Source: Acidobacteriota bacterium (lineage in GTDB: Bacteria > Acidobacteriota > CAIWXX01). From it: a DNA stretch of 64,000 nucleotides. The notes under the pieces were generated by a model, which saw nothing but the letters and a program-made list of their open reading frames with translations, made no database searches and was not told the origin of the DNA. Position numbers and translations under genes: made by a program. The stretch covers positions 160,001-224,000 of the forward strand of contig JBFMAF010000010.1 in assembly GCA_040755995.1 (NCBI GenBank). Reading direction: 5' to 3'. This document shows positions 1-6,900 of this stretch, piece after piece (position 1 is the first letter of the stretch; every line of letters starts with the position of its first letter).

Positions 1-803
1 GCCGGCAGCAGCTGGCGAGGGGTGCCAGACGCCCTCATGGCAACGGCCGTCGAGCGCCACGTGAGTGGAAGACAAACGAAGGCCGCCCAGGCCAGCGGCG
101 GGAGAGTTCCCGAGAGTAGGGCCGCCAAGAGGATGACATGGGCGACTGTCACGACGCAGGCGTACAGCCTGACCGTACTTGCCTGCCCTACCCTCACGCA
201 GATGTTCCGTTTGCCCACCAGGCGGTCCTGGAAGTAGTCGGGGATTTCGTTGAGTACCGCAATGCCGAACAGGAGGAGACCCGGTATCAGCGAGACCAGC
301 AACGGGAGCACGTCGATTCGTCTAGTCTGAACGTAGTAGCTCCCCAGTGTCATGAGAGGGCCGTAACAGCAGGCTATGGTGATCTCGCCGTATCCCCGGT
401 ACGCGAGCCTGAGCGGAGGTCCGAGGTAGAGGAACGCGCCGACGAATCCGGCAAGAGAGAACGCGATGATGGGCATTCCACACCTCAGGGCGAGCAGAGT
501 GGCAACCAGAAGCGCGCCCGAGAAGGCAATGACGCCAACCTGAAACGTGCGCACCGTCACAGGGACCGGTTCCAACTGGAACACCCTGTCTGTGCCAGCG
601 CGCCAGTCGAAGTACTCGTTGAAGGCCTCGACCCCGACCAGCACGAGCAGAATTCCGCCCAGACCCACAAGAAACAGGCCGGCATCGAATCGCCTCTCCG
701 CGTGGAAGGCGGCGGAGCTGCCCAGTGCGTAAGGCAACAGCCCGGCGAAGAGGAGGAACCGGTAGCGGAGGAGCCTCAGCAGCCCGGATAAAGCTCCACC
801 CAC
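1..803 (-). CDS. UbiA/MenA-family membrane prenyltransferase (3' end beyond window edge)
   Basis: Not in ORF track. Manual translation from GTG at 803: VGGALSGLLRLLRYRFLLFAGLLPYALG…VEAFNEYFDWRTGTD…YLGPPLRLAYRGYGE…VLNEIPDYFQDRLVGKRNI. It has both Asp-rich UbiA/MenA motifs and many TM segments, and overlaps the 3' end of the rSAM gene. Confidence 0.88.
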   Translation of the reverse strand, partial: MGGALSGLLRLLRYRFLLFAGLLPYALGSSAAFHAERRFDAGLFLVGLGGILLVLVGVEAFNEYFDWRAGTDRVFQLEPVPVTVRTFQVGVIAFSGALLVATLLALRCGMPIIAFSLAGFVGAFLYLGPPLRLAYRGYGEITIACCYGPLMTLGSYYVQTRRIDVLPLLVSLIPGLLLFGIAVLNEIPDYFQDRLVGKRNICVRVGQASTVRLYACVVTVAHVILLAALLSGTLPPLAWAAFVCLPLTWRSTAVAMRASGTPRQLLP

Positions 804-1771
804 TTGTTGGCCTCTCCCAGCAGCCTTGGATCTTCCACCACACGTTTGGCGAACGTCACGACCTCCGGCTCTCGCCACGCTCTCTTGTAACGCTGCCAGG
901 CCTCCGAGAGGGAGTGTCTTCTGAGGTCCGCGCAGACGAAGGGCAATGGACCGATGAGCTTGACCTTGCCATTCGGGATGACCAGCAGGCTCGCAGCGGG
1001 ACAGTCCAGCCGGTATCTGAGCTCCTCGACCACGTCATACGGGTAGTAGTAGATCTTCATCTTGCCGTCGTACTTCGTCTGCTTCTCCTTCAACACATCG
1101 AAGAACTTCTCGTACTCCGTCTCCGTTGGGCACAGCAGATCCCAGTTACGCGCGGCACGCCCTATGCGCATTATCTTGCCCGTGTAGAAACCGTATGTCC
1201 CCATTCTGTAAGCCATCTCGATGACATCACCCGTCTCATGGATGTTGAATTTGGAGGGAACGAAGACGATCTCTGTGGTCACACCAGCCGCCACGAGGTG
1301 GTCGCAGGCCTCAACGACCTTCTCCCAATCCCCATTCGGTCGCATCATTCGGAAGGTCTGCGGGGTTGAACCATCTACGCTCACCTGAACAGACCTGAAT
1401 CCCAGCGCTCCAATCCGGTTCGCCACCTGACGGTCGATCAGGAGGCCGTTGGTTTCCACCTTCAGGCTAGTCCCATGGGCTCGCAGGAACGAGCTGATCT
1501 CGAAGAAGCGCGGGTGGAGAAGCGGCTCCCCACCGGAGATGGCCACGTAAGGGATTCGCAGATCGACGATCTGCTTGAGAAAGAACGTAACCTCTTCGGG
1601 CGTGAGCTCGTCCGAGAACAGGTGGTCTCCCACTTCCTCGCAGCAGTGCAGGCAGGACAAGTTGCACGCGGAGTTCAACTGCCATGCTACGAACAGTGGG
1701 GCATCGAAGTCGCTGTAGCTGGTCCCTGCAATCGCCGCCGCGGGCGCAGCCTGGGTCGGATCGTGTGTCAT
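776..1771 (-). CDS. Radical SAM peptide maturase (MftC/PqqE-like) with Cys-poor twitch/SPASM-like C-terminus
   Basis: FDAPLFVAWQLNSACNLSCLHC (CxxxCxxC), SGGEPLL, VETNG, VQVSVDG motifs; C-terminal CPAASLLVIPNGKV. Confidence 0.9.
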   Translation of the reverse strand: MTHDPTQAAPAAAIAGTSYSDFDAPLFVAWQLNSACNLSCLHCCEEVGDHLFSDELTPEEVTFFLKQIVDLRIPYVAISGGEPLLHPRFFEISSFLRAHGTSLKVETNGLLIDRQVANRIGALGFRSVQVSVDGSTPQTFRMMRPNGDWEKVVEACDHLVAAGVTTEIVFVPSKFNIHETGDVIEMAYRMGTYGFYTGKIMRIGRAARNWDLLCPTETEYEKFFDVLKEKQTKYDGKMKIYYYPYDVVEELRYRLDCPAASLLVIPNGKVKLIGPLPFVCADLRRHSLSEAWQRYKRAWREPEVVTFAKRVVEDPRLLGEANKWVELYPGC

Positions 1772-2031
1772 TCCTGTGGCTCCTTCATCATGATGCCGTT
1801 GGTCTGCAGCTTCTGAACAAACTCCTGCACTTCTTCGCGAATTCCCACCGGTTCCTTCCGGTAGACCCGCGAGAGATCCGCAGCTACGGCGTCGACGCTT
1901 TTCCTTTCCTCGAGCAGTCGCAAGATGCGGGCGCCGGTCTCATTGGTCACGAACAACTTCTCGCTGAGCGTCTCGAACACAACAGCACCGAATTTCTCCT
2001 GGCGCACTCTCACGTGCTTTTCGAACTGCAT
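1768..2031 (-). CDS. PqqD/MftB-like RiPP recognition element (peptide chaperone), 87 aa
   Basis: RBS GAGGAGG before ATG 2031. VRVRQEKFGAVVF…LFVTNETGARILRLL…DLSRVY…EVQEFVQKLQTNGI fits the PqqD fold pattern; ATGA overlap with the rSAM gene. Confidence 0.87.
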   Translation of the reverse strand: MQFEKHVRVRQEKFGAVVFETLSEKLFVTNETGARILRLLEERKSVDAVAADLSRVYRKEPVGIREEVQEFVQKLQTNGIMMKEPQE

Positions 2032-2063
2032 GTCTCCTCCTCTTCGTATCGAGCCGTTTAGGC

Positions 2064-2128
2064 CAAGCCCGGGCTCCCGCTCGCATGTGAGAGGAAGGGG
2101 TTGATCACAGCCGGGGAGCCCGAGCTTG
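2064..2128 (-). other. Stem-loop between precursor gene and RRE gene
   Basis: caagcccgggctccc (2064-2078) pairs with gggagcccgagcttg (2114-2128), one mismatch; inner tgtga/tcaca pairing. Confidence 0.6.
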
Positions 2129-2141
2129 CACTCGGCGCGTA

Positions 2142-2288
2142 TCACGTGAACCTGATGTAGGGCTGGGCCATCACACGCCCGGACACGTCCTCAAGGGTCG
2201 GTTTCGTCCATTCCAACCCGTTGTCGCCTTCGGGCTCGGATCGCGTCTCTCTCGCCATCGCAACGCTCTCGCATGCTGCATTCTCCAA
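2142..2288 (-). CDS. Putative RiPP precursor peptide (48 aa from TTG 2288; 38 aa from ATG 2258)
   Basis: Strong RBS AAAGGAGGTG (2304-2295) 6 nt before the in-frame TTG. Sequence MENAACESVAMARETRSEPEGDNGLEWTKPTLEDVSGRVMAQPYIRFT has a WxxPxL RRE-binding-type motif and lies directly upstream of the RRE and rSAM genes. Confidence 0.8.
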   Translation of the reverse strand: MENAACESVAMARETRSEPEGDNGLEWTKPTLEDVSGRVMAQPYIRFT

Positions 2289-2317
2289 TTCGCTCACCTC
2301 CTTTCCGGCAATGGGAT

Positions 2318-2333
2318 GTGACCACCTGGTCAC
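2318..2333. promoter_or_regulatory. Palindromic operator GTGACCA-CC-TGGTCAC (candidate TetR site) upstream of precursor gene
   Basis: Perfect 7-bp inverted repeat; same TGACC-N4-GGTCA core as 3031-3044. Confidence 0.65.
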
Positions 2334-2350
2334 TTCGACGACAAAAAAAA

Positions 2351-2992
2351 TCACGCGGAAAGACCCTTCCTCAACACCTCCACGATGTCATCCACAAACT
2401 GCTCCAGTTCCGGCCTCTCCCTGTCCCAGATGCGGCCTGCCGAATCTAGAAAGGCAAGGGCATGTGCCTGCAGAAACCGGTCCATCACTGCATCCAACAG
2501 GAAGACTGCAGCCTTCATGTCGATGTCCTTGCGGATCTCGCCTCTCGCCCTCCCCTGCAGAAGTAAGGAGTGGAGGTACTCCGCCGAGAAGAGACGGATC
2601 TTCTGGAGCAGCTCTTCCCGAAACGGGGCTTCCCTCCCGTATACCATTCTGAGATAGATCCCGTAAATCAAGGGATGACGATCTATGAAGTCAACCCCTG
2701 CCAGAAGAGACTTCCGTATCCTCTCGAAGACCGGATCATCCTTGGTCTCGGCCTTGACCTGCTTGAGCGTCTTGCGCACGAGGTCGACCGCATGGTCGAA
2801 GGTATGGAGAAAGAGACTCCGCTTGTTGTTGAAATACTGGTAGATCGATCCCTTGGCTATCCCCAGGCGGGCTACGATCTCGTTGATGCTGGCGCGCTCA
2901 TAGCCCTTCTCGGAGAATTCCCGGATGGCGGTCTCCAGCACCCTGTTCCGCTTATCCTCGGGGAGATTGAAGAAGGTCTTCCTCGCTTCCAC
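2351..2992 (-). CDS. TetR/AcrR-family transcriptional regulator
   Basis: TFFNLPEDKRNRVLETAIREFSEKGYERASINEIVARLGIAKGSIYQYF HTH. Confidence 0.95.
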   Translation of the reverse strand: MEARKTFFNLPEDKRNRVLETAIREFSEKGYERASINEIVARLGIAKGSIYQYFNNKRSLFLHTFDHAVDLVRKTLKQVKAETKDDPVFERIRKSLLAGVDFIDRHPLIYGIYLRMVYGREAPFREELLQKIRLFSAEYLHSLLLQGRARGEIRKDIDMKAAVFLLDAVMDRFLQAHALAFLDSAGRIWDRERPELEQFVDDIVEVLRKGLSA

Positions 2993-3029
2993 GTGTCCTG
3001 CTCAGCGCATGCTCGAAGGGTCAGTCTTT

Positions 3030-3072
3030 GTGACCATGCGGTCATAATACAGCGCGATGAGACACACGTCAA
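3030..3072 (-). promoter_or_regulatory. Sigma70-type promoter for tetR (TTGACG-N17-TATTAT) overlapping a TGACC-ATGC-GGTCA operator
   Basis: -35 at 3072-3067, -10 at 3049-3044, palindrome at 3031-3044. Confidence 0.65.
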
Positions 3073-3671
3073 CCCGAACTCTCGCGTTTCCATGCCCCGA
3101 CGTGTTCGTTGTCCTCGGTGTTCCAAAGGTGCTGCGCCGCAACTACCTCATATGGGAAGAAGGCCAGGTACCCACGGTGGTTATCGAGGTGACTTCGGCA
3201 TCCTCGCGCGTGGAGGATCTCGGATCGAAGAAGGGCCTCTATGAACAGCTCGGCGTGCGCGAGTATTTCCTCTTCGACCCGCTCGGCGACTACCTCAAGC
3301 CGCAGCTACAGGGTTTCCGACTGACTCCGGATGGTTACATGCGTGTGCTTGGGACGGAGCTTGCTAGTGAAGTGCTGGGGCTGCGCTTGGTCACCGAGTC
3401 GGATGGGCTGAGGCTCTACGACATCCGGACCGGAGCGAAGCTGGAGAAGTACGAGGAGACGATGGAGCGCCTCAGGAGAGAGCGCGAGCGCGCGCAGCTG
3501 GAACAGGCGAGGGCCGACGAGGAGTCGCGGCGAGCCGAGGTGGAGAGAATGCGGGCTGACGAAGAGGCGCGGCGGGCTGAGGAGCAGAGGCTTCGGGCCG
3601 ATCATGCAGAAGCCGAGATCGTCAGGCTGCGAGCGGAGCTGGCCAGGTTGAGATCTGAACTGGGCCGCTGA
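3071..3671 (+). pseudogene. Uma2/DUF820-family endonuclease-like gene, 5'-truncated and probably frameshifted
   Basis: PDVFVV…WEEGQVPTVVIEVTS…DLGSKKGLYEQLGVREYFLFDP motifs plus a coiled-coil tail. The upstream NPNSRVS is in another frame and the usual N-terminus is absent. Confidence 0.6.
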
Positions 3672-3845
3672 GGCCCGCTCCCCACGCAGATCAAGGGAAC
3701 ATGCGCTAGCACGCTCTGTAATCAGCGACCTGGATGTGCGGAGGCGCGATCCAACGGGCAGGGTCCTCGGCGAGCCGAGCGACCAGCCACCTTGTCGTCA
3801 AATCGACAGATCCGCGGGGGTTCGCACCGGCGCATCAAGAGCCTA

Positions 3846-4808
3846 TCAGCGGATGTCGGCGAGGACATACTTGACAAACTCGCCCTCTCCTGCCTCAGCG
3901 AACCCCATGAAGGCCACCCTATTGCCACGCGCCGCCAGAGGCCAGAATCCATCGGCGGACATGCTCTTGCACTCTCCGCAATTCTCCCTCAACTTGCTCA
4001 AGATCTCGTCGATCAGGCCGTTCTTCCGGACGGAGCCCTCAGGCCCGTAGATGACCACGTCCCCATTCGGGCCCGGGTAGTGTCTCTCGGCGCAAAGGAA
4101 AGATCCGTCACTCATGAAGCCTAGTGATCGGCTGCCCTGCCCGTGAAACTGAAGCGTGGCTGCCCTGCGCACCCCGCCCGCGGGATCCAAATCCACAATC
4201 CGATCGCCGATTCTGTGGCGACCTCTAGGCGGAGGTAGCCCGGGAGAAAGCTCGGGCTCTAGCCAGTTCTCGATTCGACGGTACTCGATCCCTTCTTGAC
4301 CTCCGAGGAAATGCCCTTTACCCTCTGAGTCGACCCAGAAGTCCGTCACTTTGAACGCAGCGGTTTCCGTCCTGCTGATCAAGGTCCCGTCCTTTCTTCG
4401 GGCCTTGTAAACGACATTGTGGTCATCGAAGCAGGCCACAAGGTACCTGTTTCCATCTGCGCCGAAGGCCGGAAATAGGTCAAATGTGCCGTAGTCCTCT
4501 ATCCCCTTAATGCAGTCCGGGGCCGATCCTGTGGTCAGGTCCAGCAACTTCAGTCCGTGCGCAGAAGAACGGGCCGCGGACTCGAGTGCTATGCTTCGAA
4601 CGCTGTTCCCGGGACCTAAAACTCTGGCCACCGGGAAGCGTCCACTTATGGCCAACTCTGTTGGGGAAAGGAAGACGGCGTCCATAACCCCCCGCAAGAT
4701 CTCCCGCTCGTCGGCCACGCTGATGATGGTGACCTGCTGCGCCTGACTCGTCTGCGAGACAACACATGCAAGTGAAGCAATGAACACGCAGATAACGTAC
4801 TCCCTCAT
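3846..4808 (-). CDS. Hypothetical secreted protein
   Basis: RBS GGAGG before ATG 4808; signal-peptide-like MREYVICVFIASLACVVSQTSQA; no recognisable domain. Confidence 0.6.
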   Translation of the reverse strand: MREYVICVFIASLACVVSQTSQAQQVTIISVADEREILRGVMDAVFLSPTELAISGRFPVARVLGPGNSVRSIALESAARSSAHGLKLLDLTTGSAPDCIKGIEDYGTFDLFPAFGADGNRYLVACFDDHNVVYKARRKDGTLISRTETAAFKVTDFWVDSEGKGHFLGGQEGIEYRRIENWLEPELSPGLPPPRGRHRIGDRIVDLDPAGGVRRAATLQFHGQGSRSLGFMSDGSFLCAERHYPGPNGDVVIYGPEGSVRKNGLIDEILSKLRENCGECKSMSADGFWPLAARGNRVAFMGFAEAGEGEFVKYVLADIR

Positions 4809-4915
4809 CGAGGACTCCTCCCTGCCTACCTTGCTATACTGGGATACAATTCGCTTCATGATCCACGACCAGGCTGCAGAAACAAGTCATCTCGATCCAA
4901 ACCCATTCATAGCTG

Positions 4916-5167
4916 TCATTCGGCATCTTTCGGCGCACCCTCTTGATACATCGCCAATGAACATCGGGGGGGCCGGCAGAAACTCATTATGAGAGGACTG
5001 TGGCACGAGGTCGAGCAACAGTCATCACAGTTCCAGGATGTGTCACAACACCTCACTTGATAATACCTCAAGCCCTCTCCGCAGGGCGGCGGTTGATCCC
5101 CGGATAGGGAAGGCAGCGCCATGCCGACTAGCAAAACTGCAGCCGTAATAAGCGATTTCACAGTCAC
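4916..5167 (-). CDS. Small Cys-rich exported peptide/protein (83 aa)
   Basis: RBS AAGGAG before GTG 5167; hydrophobic signal-like segment followed by 9 Cys (C..CC..C..CC..C..C..C). Confidence 0.45.
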   Translation of the reverse strand: MTVKSLITAAVLLVGMALPSLSGDQPPPCGEGLRYYQVRCCDTSWNCDDCCSTSCHSPLIMSFCRPPRCSLAMYQEGAPKDAE

Positions 5168-5427
5168 GTGTAGTCTTCTCCTTGCGATACAGTCTGGCCA
5201 GAGATACTCGACAAGTGGGGGGGCGTCAAGGGTGCACCCGTTCGTCATGCCGTTACGCCATTACGTTGCACCCTGTACGCGTCGTTGCCCTCGCGCGCCC
5301 CCCTCTGCGTGCCTATGTGCCTACCAATCTGTCCCTGTGCCTGCTGCCTCTCTTCGTCCCTGCGTCCCCGGGGAACCGGGCTGAGTTGCGAGGCGTTGAG
5401 CTCGCCCTGAAGCTGGGGCAGCCTCGC

Positions 5428-6900
5428 TCAGAGCGCGGCGAGGCGGTAGAGCGAATCCAGCGTGAGGGTGACACGTTCGTACAGCCAGGTCGGGTAGATC
5501 CCGAACCAGATGATGAAGAACGTGCCGGCGGCGAGTACGAGCGTCAGAGAAAAGAACGCAGGGGCCGGCTTGATCTCGGCGGTCTCCGGCTTCATGTAGG
5601 CGAAGATCACCGGCCGTATGTAGTAGTAGAGCGACAGGGCCGAGTTCAGAACCGCGAAGACGACCAGATATGTATGCCCTGCCTGGAGCGCCGCCTTGAA
5701 TACGAAGAACTTCCCAAAAAAGCCGGCCGTCGGCGGAATCCCCGCGAGCGACAGCAGGCTCAGGGCCAGCACCGCGCCTATCACAGGGTTCTTGAAGCCC
5801 AACCCGCCGTACCGGTCTATGTCCACCAGCTCCTCGTCCTCCCGCACCAGCGCGATCACTGCCCCAAAGGCGGCGAAGTTCATCGCGGCGTACGCGACCA
5901 GATAAAACATCATCGCGGCCACACCGCCGGGGCTTCCCGCCACGAACGCCATGAGGACGTAGCCTACGTGCGCGATCGAAGAGTATGCGAGCATTCGCTT
6001 GATGTTGTTCTGCCGCAACGCGGCAAAGTTGCCTATCAGCATCGTGCACGCCGAGATGACGACAGCCATGTGGCGCCACTCGACCTCCAGCGACGGGAAC
6101 GCCGTGAGGAGTACGCGGGCCAGGGCGGCGAAGCCCGCCATCTTGGGCCCGACCGCCATGAACGCCGTGACCGGCGTCGGCGCTCCCTGGTAGACGTCGG
6201 GGGTCCACATGTGGAACGGGAAAGCCGAGATCTTGAACAGGAACCCCACAAGGAGCAGCGCAAGGCCGGGGCCTATGTACTGCGGGTGGTGCATCGTACC
6301 CCTGGCGATGCTGTCCGCCACCGCGGGGAGGAAGGTCGTGCCGGTCGCCCCGTATACCATAGCGATGCCAAACAGGAAGAACGACGTCGAGAACGCGCCC
6401 AGCAGGAAATACTTGACGGCGGCTTCGACCGAGTACACATTCTCGCGCTGGAAGCCCGCCATCGCGTAGAGGCCGACCGACAGGATTTCGATCCCGATGA
6501 AAATCACGAGCAGCTCCTTGCTCGTGACGATGCTCATCATGCCGACCACGGAGAACAGCAAGAGGGCAAAGAACTCCCCGTGCAATATCTTCTGTGCCGT
6601 GAGAAACGAAATCGACAACAACACGGCGGCGGCGGCCACGAGCAGGAACACGAACCGGAAGAAGAACCCGTATGAGTCCAACGTGAGCATGCTGTCGTAC
6701 GCCGTGCCCACGGTGCCGGTCAAGCGTAACAGGGCGTACAGCGCAACCAGGATGCCGGCCAGGGAGATGTACGGCGCGTAGCGCCGCGAGAACGCGGGGG
6801 CCATGGCCGCCAGCAGCATCACGGCGACGCCGGTCAGCAGAAGCGTCATCTCCGGACCGAGCGCCGCGAGGCTCACCAGCGGGGGCGAGATTGCGTTCAT
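5428..6900 (-). CDS. nuoN: NADH-quinone oxidoreductase subunit N
   Basis: EAAVKYFLLGAFS, FKISAFPFHMWTPDVYQGAPTP, IKRMLAYSSIAH; start MNAISPP at 6900. Confidence 0.95.
   Translation of the reverse strand: MNAISPPLVSLAALGPEMTLLLTGVAVMLLAAMAPAFSRRYAPYISLAGILVALYALLRLTGTVGTAYDSMLTLDSYGFFFRFVFLLVAAAAVLLSISFLTAQKILHGEFFALLLFSVVGMMSIVTSKELLVIFIGIEILSVGLYAMAGFQRENVYSVEAAVKYFLLGAFSTSFFLFGIAMVYGATGTTFLPAVADSIARGTMHHPQYIGPGLALLLVGFLFKISAFPFHMWTPDVYQGAPTPVTAFMAVGPKMAGFAALARVLLTAFPSLEVEWRHMAVVISACTMLIGNFAALRQNNIKRMLAYSSIAHVGYVLMAFVAGSPGGVAAMMFYLVAYAAMNFAAFGAVIALVREDEELVDIDRYGGLGFKNPVIGAVLALSLLSLAGIPPTAGFFGKFFVFKAALQAGHTYLVVFAVLNSALSLYYYIRPVIFAYMKPETAEIKPAPAFFSLTLVLAAGTFFIIWFGIYPTWLYERVTLTLDSLYRLAAL

Noticed and set aside
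138..791. Plus-strand ORFs over 22-1369
   Set aside because: Antisense shadows of the prenyltransferase and rSAM genes, typical of high-GC DNA.
776..2288. Calling the cluster PQQ biosynthesis (pqqADE)
   Set aside because: The peptide lacks the E-x3-Y core, no pqqB/pqqC are adjacent, and the rSAM lacks full SPASM cysteines.
2142..2354. 70-aa version of the precursor ORF and 125-aa version of the RRE ORF from the ORF track
   Set aside because: The extensions run through the operator and hairpin. Strong RBSs point to starts at 2288 and 2031.
776..2992. Calling the cluster mycofactocin (mftRABC)
   Set aside because: The layout is similar, but the peptide does not end in IDGMCGVY and the next gene is a UbiA prenyltransferase, not mftD/E/F.
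3465..3660. RADEE-type repeats in the Uma2 tail as a DNA repeat array
   Set aside because: These are coding coiled-coil repeats common in this family, with no spacer structure.
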